Sequence record: DRR378314_409
Strand: one strand, 5' to 3'
DNA: 64,000 nucleotides
Positions 1 through 11,085 of the stretch are shown one piece after another (positions within the stretch are counted from its first letter, which is position 1; each line of letters begins with the position of its first letter). The notes under the pieces are model-generated. The model was not told where the DNA came from. It saw nothing but the letters and a program-made list of their open reading frames with translations, and ran no database searches. A program made the translations under genes and the position numbers.

Positions 1-236
1 ACCCTTATCTGGTTCTGGTTGCCAAAGCAGCCGAGGATGTGAGGCCCAACGATTTACAGGCCTTTATCGCCACAGCAGATCAAGGTGTGAATTATCACGC
101 TGGCACCTGGCATCACCCGGTCCTTGCGCTTGAAGGTGTGAGTGATTTTCTTGTGGTTGATCGCGGTGGAGAAGGGCATAACTGTGATGAATTTTTCTTT
201 GCAGATGACGTGCAGATCCTGCTGGACCGCCCTTAG
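1..236 (+). CDS. allA: Ureidoglycolate lyase, 3' part (5' end outside window)
   Basis: C-terminal motif [17 protein letters not shown]...[13 protein letters not shown] typical of AllA. Confidence 0.85.
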   Translation, partial: PYLVLVAKAAEDVRPNDLQAFIATADQGVNYHAGTWHHPVLALEGVSDFLVVDRGGEGHNCDEFFFADDVQILLDRP

Positions 237-239
237 GAT

Positions 240-977
240 CTATCGCTTCAGATAATAGATATAGCTGTAAAGCGGGCCTTGAAATCCTTGTTTTTGCCAA
301 AATCCGGTCCCTTTGTGATTGTCTCCGACAACTTGTAGATAAGCAATTTTGATTTGATCCTTAGCCCCCTCCGCGAGGAGGGTGTTGAGGATCCGTGTGG
401 CCAGGCCTTGTCTTTGATACGCTGGATCGGTGGCAAATTCGAACAGACCCATCAGCCCATCCCCATAGGTTGCCATGCCAACCGCGATGGCCCTGGTCCC
501 TTCATACAGAAATGCAAACCGGGTCTTATAGGTAATGTGATTTAGGTTTTCCCGATAGATCAGGGCTTTGCTGACTGGTTTGTCGGTCAGCAAGCACAAG
601 TCGGTAAATTGTTTGTCATCCAGGTGATCAGTTAGGAAAACCTGGCGGTCAGCCGCCAAAAAGGTATCGAGTTTTCGGGTTAGAATATCGGTTTCATCCA
701 GGGGCTTGTAGTTGCGCTCTTCCAATAGCTGTACCAGCCCGGCATCGGCGAGGCTGGTGACGCGAAATACGACCGGCTGTTTGAGGGACCGGTATAGGGT
801 TTCGCAATGCGCGACCTTATCAGCAAGAGAGAGCTGGCTTGCCTCAGTTCCCGGAAAATTCACAGAGTTGGCCCGTTTCGCCAGATGCTTTGATTGTCGG
901 ATTAACCAGCCGTCATAAAGGTCTTCACCTTCGCTGGGTAAAGAGTGAAAGGAGTGCTTCTCAATAAGTTCAATCAT
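240..977 (-). CDS. GNAT family N-acetyltransferase
   Basis: GWLIR...KRANSV N-terminus and acetyl-CoA motif A TDPAYQRQGLA; start placed at ATG 977 (ORF track extends to 1007). Confidence 0.8.
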   Translation of the reverse strand: MIELIEKHSFHSLPSEGEDLYDGWLIRQSKHLAKRANSVNFPGTEASQLSLADKVAHCETLYRSLKQPVVFRVTSLADAGLVQLLEERNYKPLDETDILTRKLDTFLAADRQVFLTDHLDDKQFTDLCLLTDKPVSKALIYRENLNHITYKTRFAFLYEGTRAIAVGMATYGDGLMGLFEFATDPAYQRQGLATRILNTLLAEGAKDQIKIAYLQVVGDNHKGTGFWQKQGFQGPLYSYIYYLKR

Positions 978-1044
978 GACGCTATGCTGTGAATGCGTTA
1001 AGGTCAAAAATCATCAATACAGACGGAAAAAGGAAAGCCGTACC

Positions 1045-3183
1045 GTGATTTTTGTTTCAGGATCAGTTTCAAGGATCTGGCTGGCAATAGCAATGCTGTT
1101 GATGGGGCTGGCGGTGAGTTTATTCTATATCTTCGTCGACCTGAAGCCTCAAGTCTCCCCGGATTTCTTCTTTGGATCGGACGATCCGGAAATGGCAGAT
1201 ACACGCGATATTTCTGAAAAATTTCCAGCGGAGGAATTCCTGATTTTAAGGGTGGCTGGACCGTCCATCTATGATGAGACATATCTGAGAGAGCTTGAAA
1301 AACTCACCCTGCGTCTTTCAGACCTGAAAACGTTCAATCGGATCCTTAGTCTGAGCAATGGTCCTGAGAATGTGGCGGAGGCAGCGAAAAGCCCGTTCTG
1401 GAAGCCATTACTCATTGATGAGCGGGGGAATGCTTCTTTTCTGTTGGCGTTTTTACCGCGACAGGTGCCGGACGGCCTGATTGCTGCGGTTGAGGAGATC
1501 GTTGCAGATTTTGAAAACAGGGATGCAATTCAGGGTATCGACATTTCCGGAATGCCTTTTATTGCTGAGCATATCAAGCGCAGCATAGTGCGGGATGCCC
1601 AGCTTTTCAGTCTGACAGGGCTTGTTGTTTTTGGCGCGCTTATTTTTTGGCTTTACCGGTCCTATGCCATCGTGGTGGGGGCGGCGTTTAGCGGTATTTT
1701 TGCGGTGGTTAGCGGGTTGTTGTTTCAATCTTTTCTGGGCCAGCCCGTCGGGATCCTGACCGCCAATCTGGCGATTATCATTTATGTTCTGGTTCAGTCG
1801 CAAGTGATTTACCTGACTAATAACTGGCTTTCCTTGAAAGGTGAAAAAGGGGAACAGGCTGTTTTTACTGCCGTAAAGATGACCTCCGTTCCGGCGCTTT
1901 GGTGTGGAATCACCACCCTATTGGGATTTGTCAGCCTTTTATTTGTCTCCGCCGAACCGCTTCGCCAATTGGGATTGGGTGGATCTGTCGGGGTTGCAGC
2001 TGCGCTGATTGCAGCGCTGGGTATTTACCCGGCATTTCTAACACTGGCTGCAGGTAAACCAGCGGAACCAGGTTTGGTCGAAGCGGGCATGGGCCGCAGT
2101 TGGTTCTACAAAACTGGACAGGTGACTGTTGCAGTTCTGTTGCTGGTTGGATTAGTGGCCGTGATCCCGGGCCTGATGAAGTTGAAAACGGACCCGGGTT
2201 TGATGGCCTATTTTTCAGAAAAGGGGAAAATAGGGACAAGCTTAAGGAAAATCGATGAAAACGGCGGGAGTAGTCCTCTGTTAGTCGTTGTGTCCCTTAA
2301 AACCGGGGAGCAACTGGATACGGCAGGATCGTATGAAAAATTATGGGCACTGCATAACCAGTTATCAAACAGTCCAGCGGTTGGCACTGTGTTATCGCTT
2401 CCGGCGCTGCTTGCAGAGGCGAACAGACATCCGCTGGCCTTCCTGATACCCTGGCAGCAGATCGTTTCTTTGCTACAGATGGAAGCCAATCAGCAAGTGG
2501 TGGATAGTTTCCTGACGCAAGATCGCACGCAGGCATTATTTCTACTCCGGATGGAAGAAATCGGGACCGAGGTAGGGCGTCTTGACGTCATCGACCGGCT
2601 TGAAGATATCGTGGCTCAAAATGGGTTTCGTGCAGATTTGACCGGTGGCGTTTATGTTTTACAGGCGCGGTTGTCAGATCTTGTTGCCAGCAGTCTGATC
2701 ACAGGGCTGGTCGCGCTGATCTTCATTTTTGCGGGCATCGCCTTTCTACTGACCCGCCGGATTGGTTTGACCCTTGCCATGGTGGGCGCAGCAGGTGTGA
2801 TGCCGGTTCTTTTGCTGGGCGGGGCGGGTTTTTTGTCTATCCCGCTGGATGTAATTTCGGCGCCCGCCATCAGCGTGTCTTTTGGGCTGGCGGTAGATGC
2901 GATCATACATTTGGCGATGGCAGTTGTTCGGGCGTCCAAGGAGGTGCCGGTTGCTGATCGCTTGCGAACAGCCTTACGGGCGCAAGGCAGGGGAATACTG
3001 GCAGCCAATGGATTGCTGGCGTTGGGTTTCATGATTTTCACAGTGTCAGAGTTTCCGCCAACTGTGCGATTTGGCGGTATGATTGTAGTTGGCGCGCTGA
3101 TCGCCATTCCGGCGGCGATGGCGCTCTTTCCTCTATTGGCGCGGATACTATCAAACAGGGCGGCTATTCGGCCCACAAAATAG
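1045..3183 (+). CDS. MMPL/RND-family membrane transporter
   Basis: Two repeats of 1 TM, periplasmic loop and about 5 TM; TTLLGFVSL, GLAVDAIIH, FPPTVRFG motifs; GTG 1045 preceded by AAGGA. Confidence 0.8.
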   Translation: MIFVSGSVSRIWLAIAMLLMGLAVSLFYIFVDLKPQVSPDFFFGSDDPEMADTRDISEKFPAEEFLILRVAGPSIYDETYLRELEKLTLRLSDLKTFNRILSLSNGPENVAEAAKSPFWKPLLIDERGNASFLLAFLPRQVPDGLIAAVEEIVADFENRDAIQGIDISGMPFIAEHIKRSIVRDAQLFSLTGLVVFGALIFWLYRSYAIVVGAAFSGIFAVVSGLLFQSFLGQPVGILTANLAIIIYVLVQSQVIYLTNNWLSLKGEKGEQAVFTAVKMTSVPALWCGITTLLGFVSLLFVSAEPLRQLGLGGSVGVAAALIAALGIYPAFLTLAAGKPAEPGLVEAGMGRSWFYKTGQVTVAVLLLVGLVAVIPGLMKLKTDPGLMAYFSEKGKIGTSLRKIDENGGSSPLLVVVSLKTGEQLDTAGSYEKLWALHNQLSNSPAVGTVLSLPALLAEANRHPLAFLIPWQQIVSLLQMEANQQVVDSFLTQDRTQALFLLRMEEIGTEVGRLDVIDRLEDIVAQNGFRADLTGGVYVLQARLSDLVASSLITGLVALIFIFAGIAFLLTRRIGLTLAMVGAAGVMPVLLLGGAGFLSIPLDVISAPAISVSFGLAVDAIIHLAMAVVRASKEVPVADRLRTALRAQGRGILAANGLLALGFMIFTVSEFPPTVRFGGMIVVGALIAIPAAMALFPLLARILSNRAAIRPTK

Positions 3184-3221
3184 AGCTATACAGGGCACAC
3201 GACCCCGGATATCTATGGGCT

Positions 3222-5753
3222 ATGGATAAGTTGATCAAACACACAGGGTTGCCAGTTGAAGACGTCTTGCCAGAACTTCTCACCCATTTGACGGAAGGCA
3301 ATGAAGCGGTTTTACAGGCCCCACCGGGGGCTGGTAAAACAACACTGGTGCCGCTTTGGTTGTTAGGACTACCGGCACTCGCGGGACGAAAAATCCTGAT
3401 GCTGGAGCCGCGACGGCTGGCAGCCCGGGCAGCAGCCCGGCGCATGGCTGATCTGTTGGGAGAAGCGGTGGGTGAGACCGTTGGTTACAGGATCCGAATG
3501 GATACGAAAGTCAGTGCCAAGACCCGGATCGAAGTGGTCACTGAAGGGATCTTGACCCGAAAATTGCAGCAGGATCCGGAACTGTCCGATACGGCGATCG
3601 TTGTGTTTGATGAGTTTCATGAGCGGAATTTAAACTCAGATCTGGGGCTGGCGCTGACCCGGCAAGCCCAGGAATTCTTGCGTGAAGATCTGAAAATCCT
3701 AGTAATGTCTGCAACCTTGGATGCAGGCGGTGTGGCCAAGCTGTTGGGGGATGCACCGATTATCACCTCAGAAGGGCAGATCCATCCTGTACAGACCCGG
3801 TTTATCGAGCGCACACCGAAAGGACGGTATGAGGAAATTCTGTGTGGCTGGATTACACAAATTGCTGAGGATGAACCGGATGGTGATATTTTGGTGTTTC
3901 TTCCTGGTGCAGGAGAAATTAACCAGTTAAAAAGTAAATTGCAGAATATAAAGGCATTTTCTGAGCTGTCGGTTCACTCTTTATTTGGCAATCTGCCGCA
4001 AAAGGAGCAGGATCTGGCTTTGCGCCCCAGCGTGGATGGAAAGCGGAAGATAATTCTATCCACCGATATTGCAGAGACTAGTCTGACAATAGATGGGGTG
4101 CGTATCGTTGTGGATACCGGGTTGAGCCGAAAGCCCAGATTTGATCCCAATAGCGGTATGAGCCGGTTGGAATTAAAACGTATTTCCCGCGCATCAGCGG
4201 ATCAGCGTCGCGGGCGTGCAGGGCGAATGGGCCCGGGGATTTGTTACCGCATGTGGGCCCGCGCCGAAGACAAAGGCCTTGTCCCCTACAGTGAACCGGA
4301 AATTGCGACCGCTGATCTCAGCTCCCTCGCGCTGGAACTGGCCAAATGGGGCGTTGAGGATGCCAATGAACTGTCCTGGATGACACCGCCGCCCGAAGGA
4401 CTGTTAGCGCAGGCCCACGATCTGTTGATTGCTTTGGGGGCTGTGGATACGCAGGGACAGGTAACAGCGCTTGGCAATGAAATGGTCAAACTGCCTTTGC
4501 ATCCACGCCTTGCGGTTATGATCCTGGAAGCGGAGGAACCGGAGGAGCGGGCGTTGGCCTGTGATCTTTCGGCACTGCTGTCGGAGCGGGATGTCCTTTC
4601 CTATAACAGGGATGCACCCAATTCCGATTTAAAAAGCCGCCTGGAAATTCTTAATCGGGCGCGGCACTCTAAAGGGCAAAACCCAGCCGCAGCTCAGGTC
4701 CTTCGAAATGCTACGGATTTGCGGCGTCGCTTTAAATGTCAGCAGATTTCGACAGCAGATATTTTGCCGGGCCCTGTCTTGGCGCGGGCCTATCCGGACC
4801 GGATTGGAGAGCAGCGAAAATCCAATCCCAAAGCCTACAGACTTTCGGCCGGGCGGGGGGCCGCCCTTAAAGCCGGAGACCGATTGACGGGCGAGCCATA
4901 TCTGGTTGTTGCTGAGTTGGAAGGAAAAGGCCGGGATGCGGAAATCCGGCTTGCCGCCGCGATTACCTATCAACAACTGATGGAGCAGTTTGCCGATCAT
5001 CTGGCCAGCCGAATTAATATCCGCTGGGAAGAGGATAAGGATCGGATTATTGCGGATGAAGAAACCTGCATTGGGGCCTTGGTTTTGGATCGTAAGCGGA
5101 TCAAATCACCGGACCCGGAGGCCGTTTCAGAGGTGTTGCTTGAGGTGATTGCCGCCAAGGATCTCAGGCCCTTACCCTGGACGAAAGAGATCGAATCCTT
5201 CCTTGGTCGGGTGGCGTTTCTGATTCTGCATTTCGGCGATGACCTGCCGGATGCCGGGGCAGAGTTGCGACATTTGAACCGCGATTGGCTGACGGCAAAT
5301 CTGGAAAGGTGGTTGAAGCCTTACTTGGCAGGTTATAGCAGTCTGGCGGACCTACAGAAACTGGACCTTTTGCAGATTTTGCAATCGTTCCTGAGTTGGG
5401 AGGTTCAGCAGTTTTTGGAAAAAGAAGTTCCCGCCCGCCTGCAAGTGCCGACGGGCTCTAAAATCCGGTTGGATTATCAAAATCCGGATAGCCCGGTTCT
5501 GGCGGTCAGGTTGCAGGAAATGTTTGGGCAGGCAGATTTGCCCCGGCTGGCCGGCGGCAAGGTTCCGATTACCGTTCATCTGCTAAGTCCCGCAGGACGA
5601 CCCGCGCAGATTACAACTGATCTTGCCGGGTTTTGGGTCAATAGCTATGACGCGGTGAAAAAGGACTTGAAGGGACAATATCCAAAACACTATTGGCCGG
5701 ATGATCCATTGCAGGCTGAACCCACGGCACGGGCGAAGCCCCGAAAATCCTGA
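3222..5753 (+). CDS. hrpB: ATP-dependent RNA helicase HrpB
   Basis: APPGAGKTT, EPRRLAAR, DEFHER, TDIAETSLT, QRRGRAGR and HrpB C-terminus LLSPAGRP...YPKHYWP. Confidence 0.95.
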   Translation: MDKLIKHTGLPVEDVLPELLTHLTEGNEAVLQAPPGAGKTTLVPLWLLGLPALAGRKILMLEPRRLAARAAARRMADLLGEAVGETVGYRIRMDTKVSAKTRIEVVTEGILTRKLQQDPELSDTAIVVFDEFHERNLNSDLGLALTRQAQEFLREDLKILVMSATLDAGGVAKLLGDAPIITSEGQIHPVQTRFIERTPKGRYEEILCGWITQIAEDEPDGDILVFLPGAGEINQLKSKLQNIKAFSELSVHSLFGNLPQKEQDLALRPSVDGKRKIILSTDIAETSLTIDGVRIVVDTGLSRKPRFDPNSGMSRLELKRISRASADQRRGRAGRMGPGICYRMWARAEDKGLVPYSEPEIATADLSSLALELAKWGVEDANELSWMTPPPEGLLAQAHDLLIALGAVDTQGQVTALGNEMVKLPLHPRLAVMILEAEEPEERALACDLSALLSERDVLSYNRDAPNSDLKSRLEILNRARHSKGQNPAAAQVLRNATDLRRRFKCQQISTADILPGPVLARAYPDRIGEQRKSNPKAYRLSAGRGAALKAGDRLTGEPYLVVAELEGKGRDAEIRLAAAITYQQLMEQFADHLASRINIRWEEDKDRIIADEETCIGALVLDRKRIKSPDPEAVSEVLLEVIAAKDLRPLPWTKEIESFLGRVAFLILHFGDDLPDAGAELRHLNRDWLTANLERWLKPYLAGYSSLADLQKLDLLQILQSFLSWEVQQFLEKEVPARLQVPTGSKIRLDYQNPDSPVLAVRLQEMFGQADLPRLAGGKVPITVHLLSPAGRPAQITTDLAGFWVNSYDAVKKDLKGQYPKHYWPDDPLQAEPTARAKPRKS

Positions 5754-5757
5754 CGGC

Positions 5758-6543
5758 TTATGCCATCATGGCTGAAAGGGTCAGCAAAAAGGCAATCTCT
5801 GTGACTTGTTGAATGCTCCCAAGGACATCACCCGTTTGCCCGCCAATTTGGCGCCAGGCAACAAAGCCCGTAATCAGCGCGGCGCAGATACTAGCAAGCA
5901 GGGCGGCTGATCCCAAAAAAGGTTCGAACAGAATAATCGGGAAGAGCAGTCCCAGAACGAGAGCGGATAAAGCGGCCGTCAGCGGGGGCTTCCCGGCACT
6001 CGCGCCGAGGCCATCCTTGCGGGCAGGTGGCAGTAGATACATGGCAAGGCTGACGAAGGCGCGGCTGGCCGCCCCCGAGCTGATAAGCGCCAGGAACGCT
6101 GTGATGGGCAGATCAAAACTGGCAAGCGCACTGACTTTCAGGCCAAGGGTCAAGATAAGCGCGACGACCGCATAGGTGCCAACCCGACTATCGCGCATAA
6201 TCTCCAGTTTCCTGGTTTTGTCATGTCCGCCGCCAAATCCGTCAGCGACATCCCCGATGGCATCTTCATGTAAGGCCCCAGTCACCAGAACCTGGATGCC
6301 AATAGCTATGAAAGCGAGGGAGAGGGAGCTTAATCCGAAGTTTCCCAATGCAAGAAAAACAGCACCGGATAAGCCACCGATAATCACCCCGATCAACGGG
6401 AAACAACGACTGGATGAGCCGACGGCGGTCAGGGAAAATTCCATATTCAGTCGGAGGGGGAGGCGCGTTAAAAAGACAAGAGCGACCAGAAAATCCTGAT
6501 GCCAGTAGCCTTTATATTTTTGCGGGGATTCCTGATCAGCCAT
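5758..6543 (-). CDS. cobS: Cobalamin synthase (adenosylcobinamide-GDP ribazoletransferase, CobS/CobV)
   Basis: FLTRLP, TGALHED...DG, IMRDSRVG, GGQTGDVLG. Confidence 0.93.
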   Translation of the reverse strand: MADQESPQKYKGYWHQDFLVALVFLTRLPLRLNMEFSLTAVGSSSRCFPLIGVIIGGLSGAVFLALGNFGLSSLSLAFIAIGIQVLVTGALHEDAIGDVADGFGGGHDKTRKLEIMRDSRVGTYAVVALILTLGLKVSALASFDLPITAFLALISSGAASRAFVSLAMYLLPPARKDGLGASAGKPPLTAALSALVLGLLFPIILFEPFLGSAALLASICAALITGFVAWRQIGGQTGDVLGSIQQVTEIAFLLTLSAMMA

Positions 6544-6545
6544 GG

Positions 6546-7070
6546 TTATTTCAGCTTCTGCGGCAGTCCCGCCGTTATAAAATAGACATTTTTACACTCT
6601 GCCGCCAACCGTTGATGCAGCAGACCCGCATGATCCCGAAAGGCGCGGGCCATGGCATTGTCAGGAACGATCCCCTGTCCCACTTCGTTAGAGACAAAAA
6701 GAATATGGCCTTTTACCTGTGGGAATGCATCGAGCAGTTCATCAAATGAGTGTTCAATATTTTTCTCAGCCATCATCAGGTTGGTGATCCATAAGGATAG
6801 GCAGTCAATTAAGATAACTCGATCATCACGGCTTTGGTCCAGCAGGGTTTGGGTCAGGGCAAGCGGCTCTTCAATTGTTAGCCAGTCACTGCCCCGGTCC
6901 GATTGATGTTTCAGAACACGGCTTTCCATTTCGGTATCAAAAATCTGACTGGTCGCCAGATAAACACGCGACAACCTGGTATCACGAGCAAGAGTTTCAG
7001 CAAAGCGGCTCTTACCTGAGCGGGCACCGCCGAGGATCAGGGTGATTTGAGTGCTACCCGTCATGAGCAT
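6546..7070 (-). CDS. cobU: Bifunctional adenosylcobinamide kinase/phosphate guanylyltransferase (CobU/CobP)
   Basis: LGGARSGKS, W.TIEEP, VSNEVG.GIVP...FRD.AG. Confidence 0.95.
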   Translation of the reverse strand: MLMTGSTQITLILGGARSGKSRFAETLARDTRLSRVYLATSQIFDTEMESRVLKHQSDRGSDWLTIEEPLALTQTLLDQSRDDRVILIDCLSLWITNLMMAEKNIEHSFDELLDAFPQVKGHILFVSNEVGQGIVPDNAMARAFRDHAGLLHQRLAAECKNVYFITAGLPQKLK

Positions 7071-8391
7071 GATCCCTGTCGATCAAATGTATGAAGGAGC
7101 CAAAAGCAGATCCATCATAACCACCAACATCGCCCTTGGACTGTCCCACAGCATCTGCTGCTTTAAAAAGTGGCGCCGATTTGGAAGGGGTGTCCATTTC
7201 ACATGCATAGTGAAATTCATGTGCCCTGAAATGTCTGCCTAAAGGCCCAAAAGGGGTTGCCGTAAGAAGCTCTAATTTGCGATAGCCAAGGTGAAGGCGC
7301 GGCGTTTCAAACGACGTGCGATGGGCAAGAAGTCCGGTCATTGGATAGGCGTGACCATCTTTGCCGACAATGTCTTGCCCCATCACCATATATCCCCCGC
7401 ATTCACCAAAAATCGGAATGTTGTTTTGTTTTGCCACCCTTAGACTTTCTCTAAAGCGCGCTGCATTTGCAAGTCTTTCCAGATACAATTCTGGATAGCC
7501 TCCGGGTAGATAAATAAAGGTGGCTTCGGGGTCCGGAACTTCATCTGATAGGGGGGAGAAGTAGCTGATTTTCTGACCTGCTGCGCGAAGATTTTCCACC
7601 ACATGCGGATAGAGAAAAGTGAAGGCGGCATCTTTGGAGATTGCAATATGGGAGGTTGGAAATAAAGGTTCCACAGGTTTGTTCGATGGCGTCAATCGCG
7701 GTATGGCAGCCAGTTTTTGCAGCAGATCCAGGTCAACCGACGATGTGATCAGATCAGCGGCCTGATCCAGAAACCGTTCTCGTTCAGGCATTTCATCTGC
7801 CTGGACCAATCCCAGATGCCGGCTTGGCAATTCAAGATGATCTTTTCTTGGGATCAAGCCAAGGCAGGGTATGTTGAGACTATCGGCTGCATTTTTCAGA
7901 AATTCCCCATGGGCTGGACTGCTGACCTGATTGAAAATGACACCGGCAATTTTCGTATCGCTTCGAAATTGATTAAACCCGTGTAATACGGCGCCAGCGC
8001 TGGCCGCCTGACCTTTTGCGGTCATGACAAGAATAATCGGGATTTGATAGCGAGCGGCTAAATCCGCAGTAGAGCCACTTCCATCGCGCGCGCCATCAAA
8101 CAGACCCATCACACCTTCCCCTATGATCAGTTCCGAATTTTGAGCAGTGTGATTTAGTGTCTGATCGAGGGTGTGATCCCGCATCCCCCAGGGGTCCAGA
8201 TTAAGGCAAAGCTGTCCGCTGGCATGCTGGTGGAAAACGGGGTCAATATAATCTGGTCCAACCTTGAAAGAGGTGACCGAGACGCCGCGCTTTTGAAAAG
8301 CGCGCAGCAGTGCCAGCGTCACGGTTGTCTTGCCAGAGCCGGAGGCTGGGGCAGCGATGATCAGTGTTGGCGGGCGGGAAGATGTCGTCAT
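7054..8391 (-). CDS. cobB: Cobyrinate/hydrogenobyrinate a,c-diamide synthase
   Basis: SGSGKTT, FKVGPDYIDP, EGVMGLFDG, LPSRHLGL, GGYPEL, GECGGY, HEFHY. Confidence 0.95.
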   Translation of the reverse strand: MTTSSRPPTLIIAAPASGSGKTTVTLALLRAFQKRGVSVTSFKVGPDYIDPVFHQHASGQLCLNLDPWGMRDHTLDQTLNHTAQNSELIIGEGVMGLFDGARDGSGSTADLAARYQIPIILVMTAKGQAASAGAVLHGFNQFRSDTKIAGVIFNQVSSPAHGEFLKNAADSLNIPCLGLIPRKDHLELPSRHLGLVQADEMPERERFLDQAADLITSSVDLDLLQKLAAIPRLTPSNKPVEPLFPTSHIAISKDAAFTFLYPHVVENLRAAGQKISYFSPLSDEVPDPEATFIYLPGGYPELYLERLANAARFRESLRVAKQNNIPIFGECGGYMVMGQDIVGKDGHAYPMTGLLAHRTSFETPRLHLGYRKLELLTATPFGPLGRHFRAHEFHYACEMDTPSKSAPLFKAADAVGQSKGDVGGYDGSAFGSFIHLIDRDHAHDG

Positions 8392-9182
8392 TCAGCAGGC
8401 GGAACAGCGTCAAGATACCAGCCGAGCTGTTCATGCAGGTTGACAACCTGACCCACAACAATCAGCGCCGGAGGCTGAAGATCACTTTTGGCAAGGTCAG
8501 CCACAGCCGTTGCAAGGGTTGTCGTCACCATTTTCTGATCCGGCAAGGTTGCATTGGCAATAATGGCAACCGGTTCATCGGCCGCGCGGCCATAGCGGAT
8601 CAGTTTGGAGGTAATTTCCGCGATATGCTTGACGCCCATATAGATGACGATCACGGGGGAGCCTTTTGCAATATGTTCCCAATCAACACTGGGAACAGCG
8701 CCGTTGGCATCATGTCCGGTGACAAAGGTTGCAGCAGAGTTTGTTGTCCGGTGGGTCAGCGGAATACCAGCATAGGCCAATCCGCCAACACCTGAAGAAA
8801 TACCGGGGATGACCCGAAATGGAATGTGATTGGCTTTAAGGGTCAGCGCTTCTTCACCGCCCCGACCAAAGATATAAGGATCGCCGCCTTTCAGACGGAG
8901 GACCTTTTTCCCTTCCTTGGCCAGCTCGACCAGTCGATCGCTAATATCCTGCTGCTTGGCGGAGGGTTTACCCCCGCGTTTGCCTGCATAGACAAGTTCA
9001 CAATCGGGGTTGGTCAGGCTGAGAATGGCGTCACTGACCAGCGCATCATAAACAAGCACATCAGCTTGGCGTAGCCCCTCCACCGCATAAAGGGTCAATA
9101 GACCGGGATCGCCCGGCCCAGCGCCTAACAGCCAAACAGTTCCAGCATCAAATGCAGGTATTTTTTTAAGGATGTGTTCCAT
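8388..9182 (-). CDS. cobA: Uroporphyrinogen-III C-methyltransferase
   Basis: GAGPGDPGLLT, RLKGGDPYIFGRGGEE, GIPLTHR. Confidence 0.95.
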   Translation of the reverse strand: MEHILKKIPAFDAGTVWLLGAGPGDPGLLTLYAVEGLRQADVLVYDALVSDAILSLTNPDCELVYAGKRGGKPSAKQQDISDRLVELAKEGKKVLRLKGGDPYIFGRGGEEALTLKANHIPFRVIPGISSGVGGLAYAGIPLTHRTTNSAATFVTGHDANGAVPSVDWEHIAKGSPVIVIYMGVKHIAEITSKLIRYGRAADEPVAIIANATLPDQKMVTTTLATAVADLAKSDLQPPALIVVGQVVNLHEQLGWYLDAVPPAE

Positions 9183-9251
9183 GTTTTTCTTTTAACGGGG
9201 TTTCCGTCATCTAGCTAGCCAACAAGTCCATGTTATGCCTATAAATAGCCG

Positions 9252-10340
9252 ATGAATGGGACAGAGTCAGATAAAAAATTGCGAACGGGGTGGACAACGG
9301 GCGCCTGTGCAACCGCAGCGACAAAATCTGCCATGTCTGCCCTTGTGGGAGATGGGTTTTTGGACCCGGTTACCATTACCCTGCCCAAGGGACAGACCCC
9401 AGCCTTCGCATTAGCCACTGAGCAGATGAACGATGGGATCAGTGAAGCCAGTATCATCAAGGATGCGGGTGATGATCCGGATGTGACACATTTGGCAAGA
9501 GTTATCGCCTGCGTAAGATTTGCCCCTTCAGGAAGCGGTATTGTGTTTAAAGCAGGGACAGGCGTCGGAACAGCAACCCGTGAAGGTCTACCTATTGGTG
9601 TGGGAGAGCCCGCGATTAACCCGGTTCCCCGCCAGATGATGCGTGATGTGATAGAAGCTGTTTGCAGGGAAAAGAATTTGCCTGCCGATGTCGAGGTGAC
9701 TATCGGGATCGAAAACGGTCAGGAGCTTGCCAAATATACCATGAACGGACGCCTTGGTATCGTAGGTGGATTATCTGTTTTGGGAACGACTGGAATTGTC
9801 ACGCCTTATTCCTGCGCCGCTTGGATTGCCTCTTTGCATCGGGGAATTGATGTGGCCCTAGCTGCCGGACAATCCCATGTGATCGCCTCCACCGGGTCTA
9901 CATCGGAAAAAGCTGCAAATCAAATCTATCAGTTACCTGATTATGCTCTTCTGGATATGGGGGATTTTGCCGGTGGGGTTTTAAAATATCTCAAGAAACA
10001 CCCAGTTCAGAAGCTAACAGTGGCGGGAGGGTTTGCCAAAATTACCAAACTGGCAAAGGGTCACATGGATTTGCATTCGGGAAGAAGCCAGGTGGATTTT
10101 AATTGGTTGGCTGATGAACTTACTGATCTTGGCGCGTCAATAGAGGTGCAAGAAATTTGCCGGACAGCCAATACGGCGATGCAGGTCCTTCAGGTTTGCG
10201 AGCAGGCGAAGCTGCCAATTGCCGATCACATTGCCAGATTGGCAGCGGACAAAGCATGCGAAATCGTGACGGATCAGGTGGACATTGAGGTGCTGATTTT
10301 TGATCGCTCCGGGAATTTGGTGGGCCGTCATGACGCCTAA
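9252..10340 (+). CDS. cbiD: Cobalt-precorrin-5B C1-methyltransferase
   Basis: LRTGWTTGACATAA, KDAGDDPDVTH, AINPVPR, RLGIVGGLSVLGTTG, DLHS. Confidence 0.95.
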   Translation: MNGTESDKKLRTGWTTGACATAATKSAMSALVGDGFLDPVTITLPKGQTPAFALATEQMNDGISEASIIKDAGDDPDVTHLARVIACVRFAPSGSGIVFKAGTGVGTATREGLPIGVGEPAINPVPRQMMRDVIEAVCREKNLPADVEVTIGIENGQELAKYTMNGRLGIVGGLSVLGTTGIVTPYSCAAWIASLHRGIDVALAAGQSHVIASTGSTSEKAANQIYQLPDYALLDMGDFAGGVLKYLKKHPVQKLTVAGGFAKITKLAKGHMDLHSGRSQVDFNWLADELTDLGASIEVQEICRTANTAMQVLQVCEQAKLPIADHIARLAADKACEIVTDQVDIEVLIFDRSGNLVGRHDA

Positions 10341-11085
10341 CAAGACCCCGGTTCTATTGCTTGGCGGAACAGGGGAGGCCGCAGAATTAAATAAGCAGCT
10401 TGCCGATGACCCAGCGATTGAATTGGTGACCAGTTTGGCCGGACGAACAGATGAAGTCTCTGGATTGACGGGTGAGGTTCTGCGTGCCGGGTTTCAGGAA
10501 TTTGACGGTTTGGAAGCTTTTTTAAAGACGCGACAAATTCGACTGGTGGTGGATGCAACACACCCCTATGCAGATGAAATGACCGCAAAGGCCGAGCGGA
10601 TCTGCAGCGCGACAAAAACCCGGTATCTCCGCCTACACCGGCCCGAATGGCAAAAGCAGCCAGATGATAATTGGATTGAAATTCCGGATATGAAGAGTGC
10701 GGCGCTGGCATGTCAGGAGTTTGAGCGGATTTTCCTGTCCATTGGACGGCAGGAATTATCTCATTTTTCAGGCTTAAAGCAGAAGAAACTGTTGATCCGC
10801 TCTGTGATGGAAACAGGGTTCGTGAACCCGCACTCTGAAATCATGTGGGTGCAGCAGAAAGGCCCGTTCGATCTGACCTCGGAACAGCGTCTTCTGGCGG
10901 ATCATCAAATCGAAGTCGTGGTTTCCAAAAATAGCGGCGGGCCCACAACATACGCCAAAATTGAAGCGGCCCGAAACTTAAAGCTACCGGTAATTCTTGT
11001 TGGCCGCAAAGAGCCGAAAACATCTGGCTCTTTTAACAGCATTGAGGACATTTTGTCTGCAATCAGGCTTTTCGTTTCGGCCTGA
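10330..11085 (+). CDS. cobK: (Cobalt-)precorrin-6A reductase CobK/CbiJ
   Basis: [32 protein letters not shown] 10330 overlaps the cbiD end. Confidence 0.93.
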   Translation: MTPNKTPVLLLGGTGEAAELNKQLADDPAIELVTSLAGRTDEVSGLTGEVLRAGFQEFDGLEAFLKTRQIRLVVDATHPYADEMTAKAERICSATKTRYLRLHRPEWQKQPDDNWIEIPDMKSAALACQEFERIFLSIGRQELSHFSGLKQKKLLIRSVMETGFVNPHSEIMWVQQKGPFDLTSEQRLLADHQIEVVVSKNSGGPTTYAKIEAARNLKLPVILVGRKEPKTSGSFNSIEDILSAIRLFVSA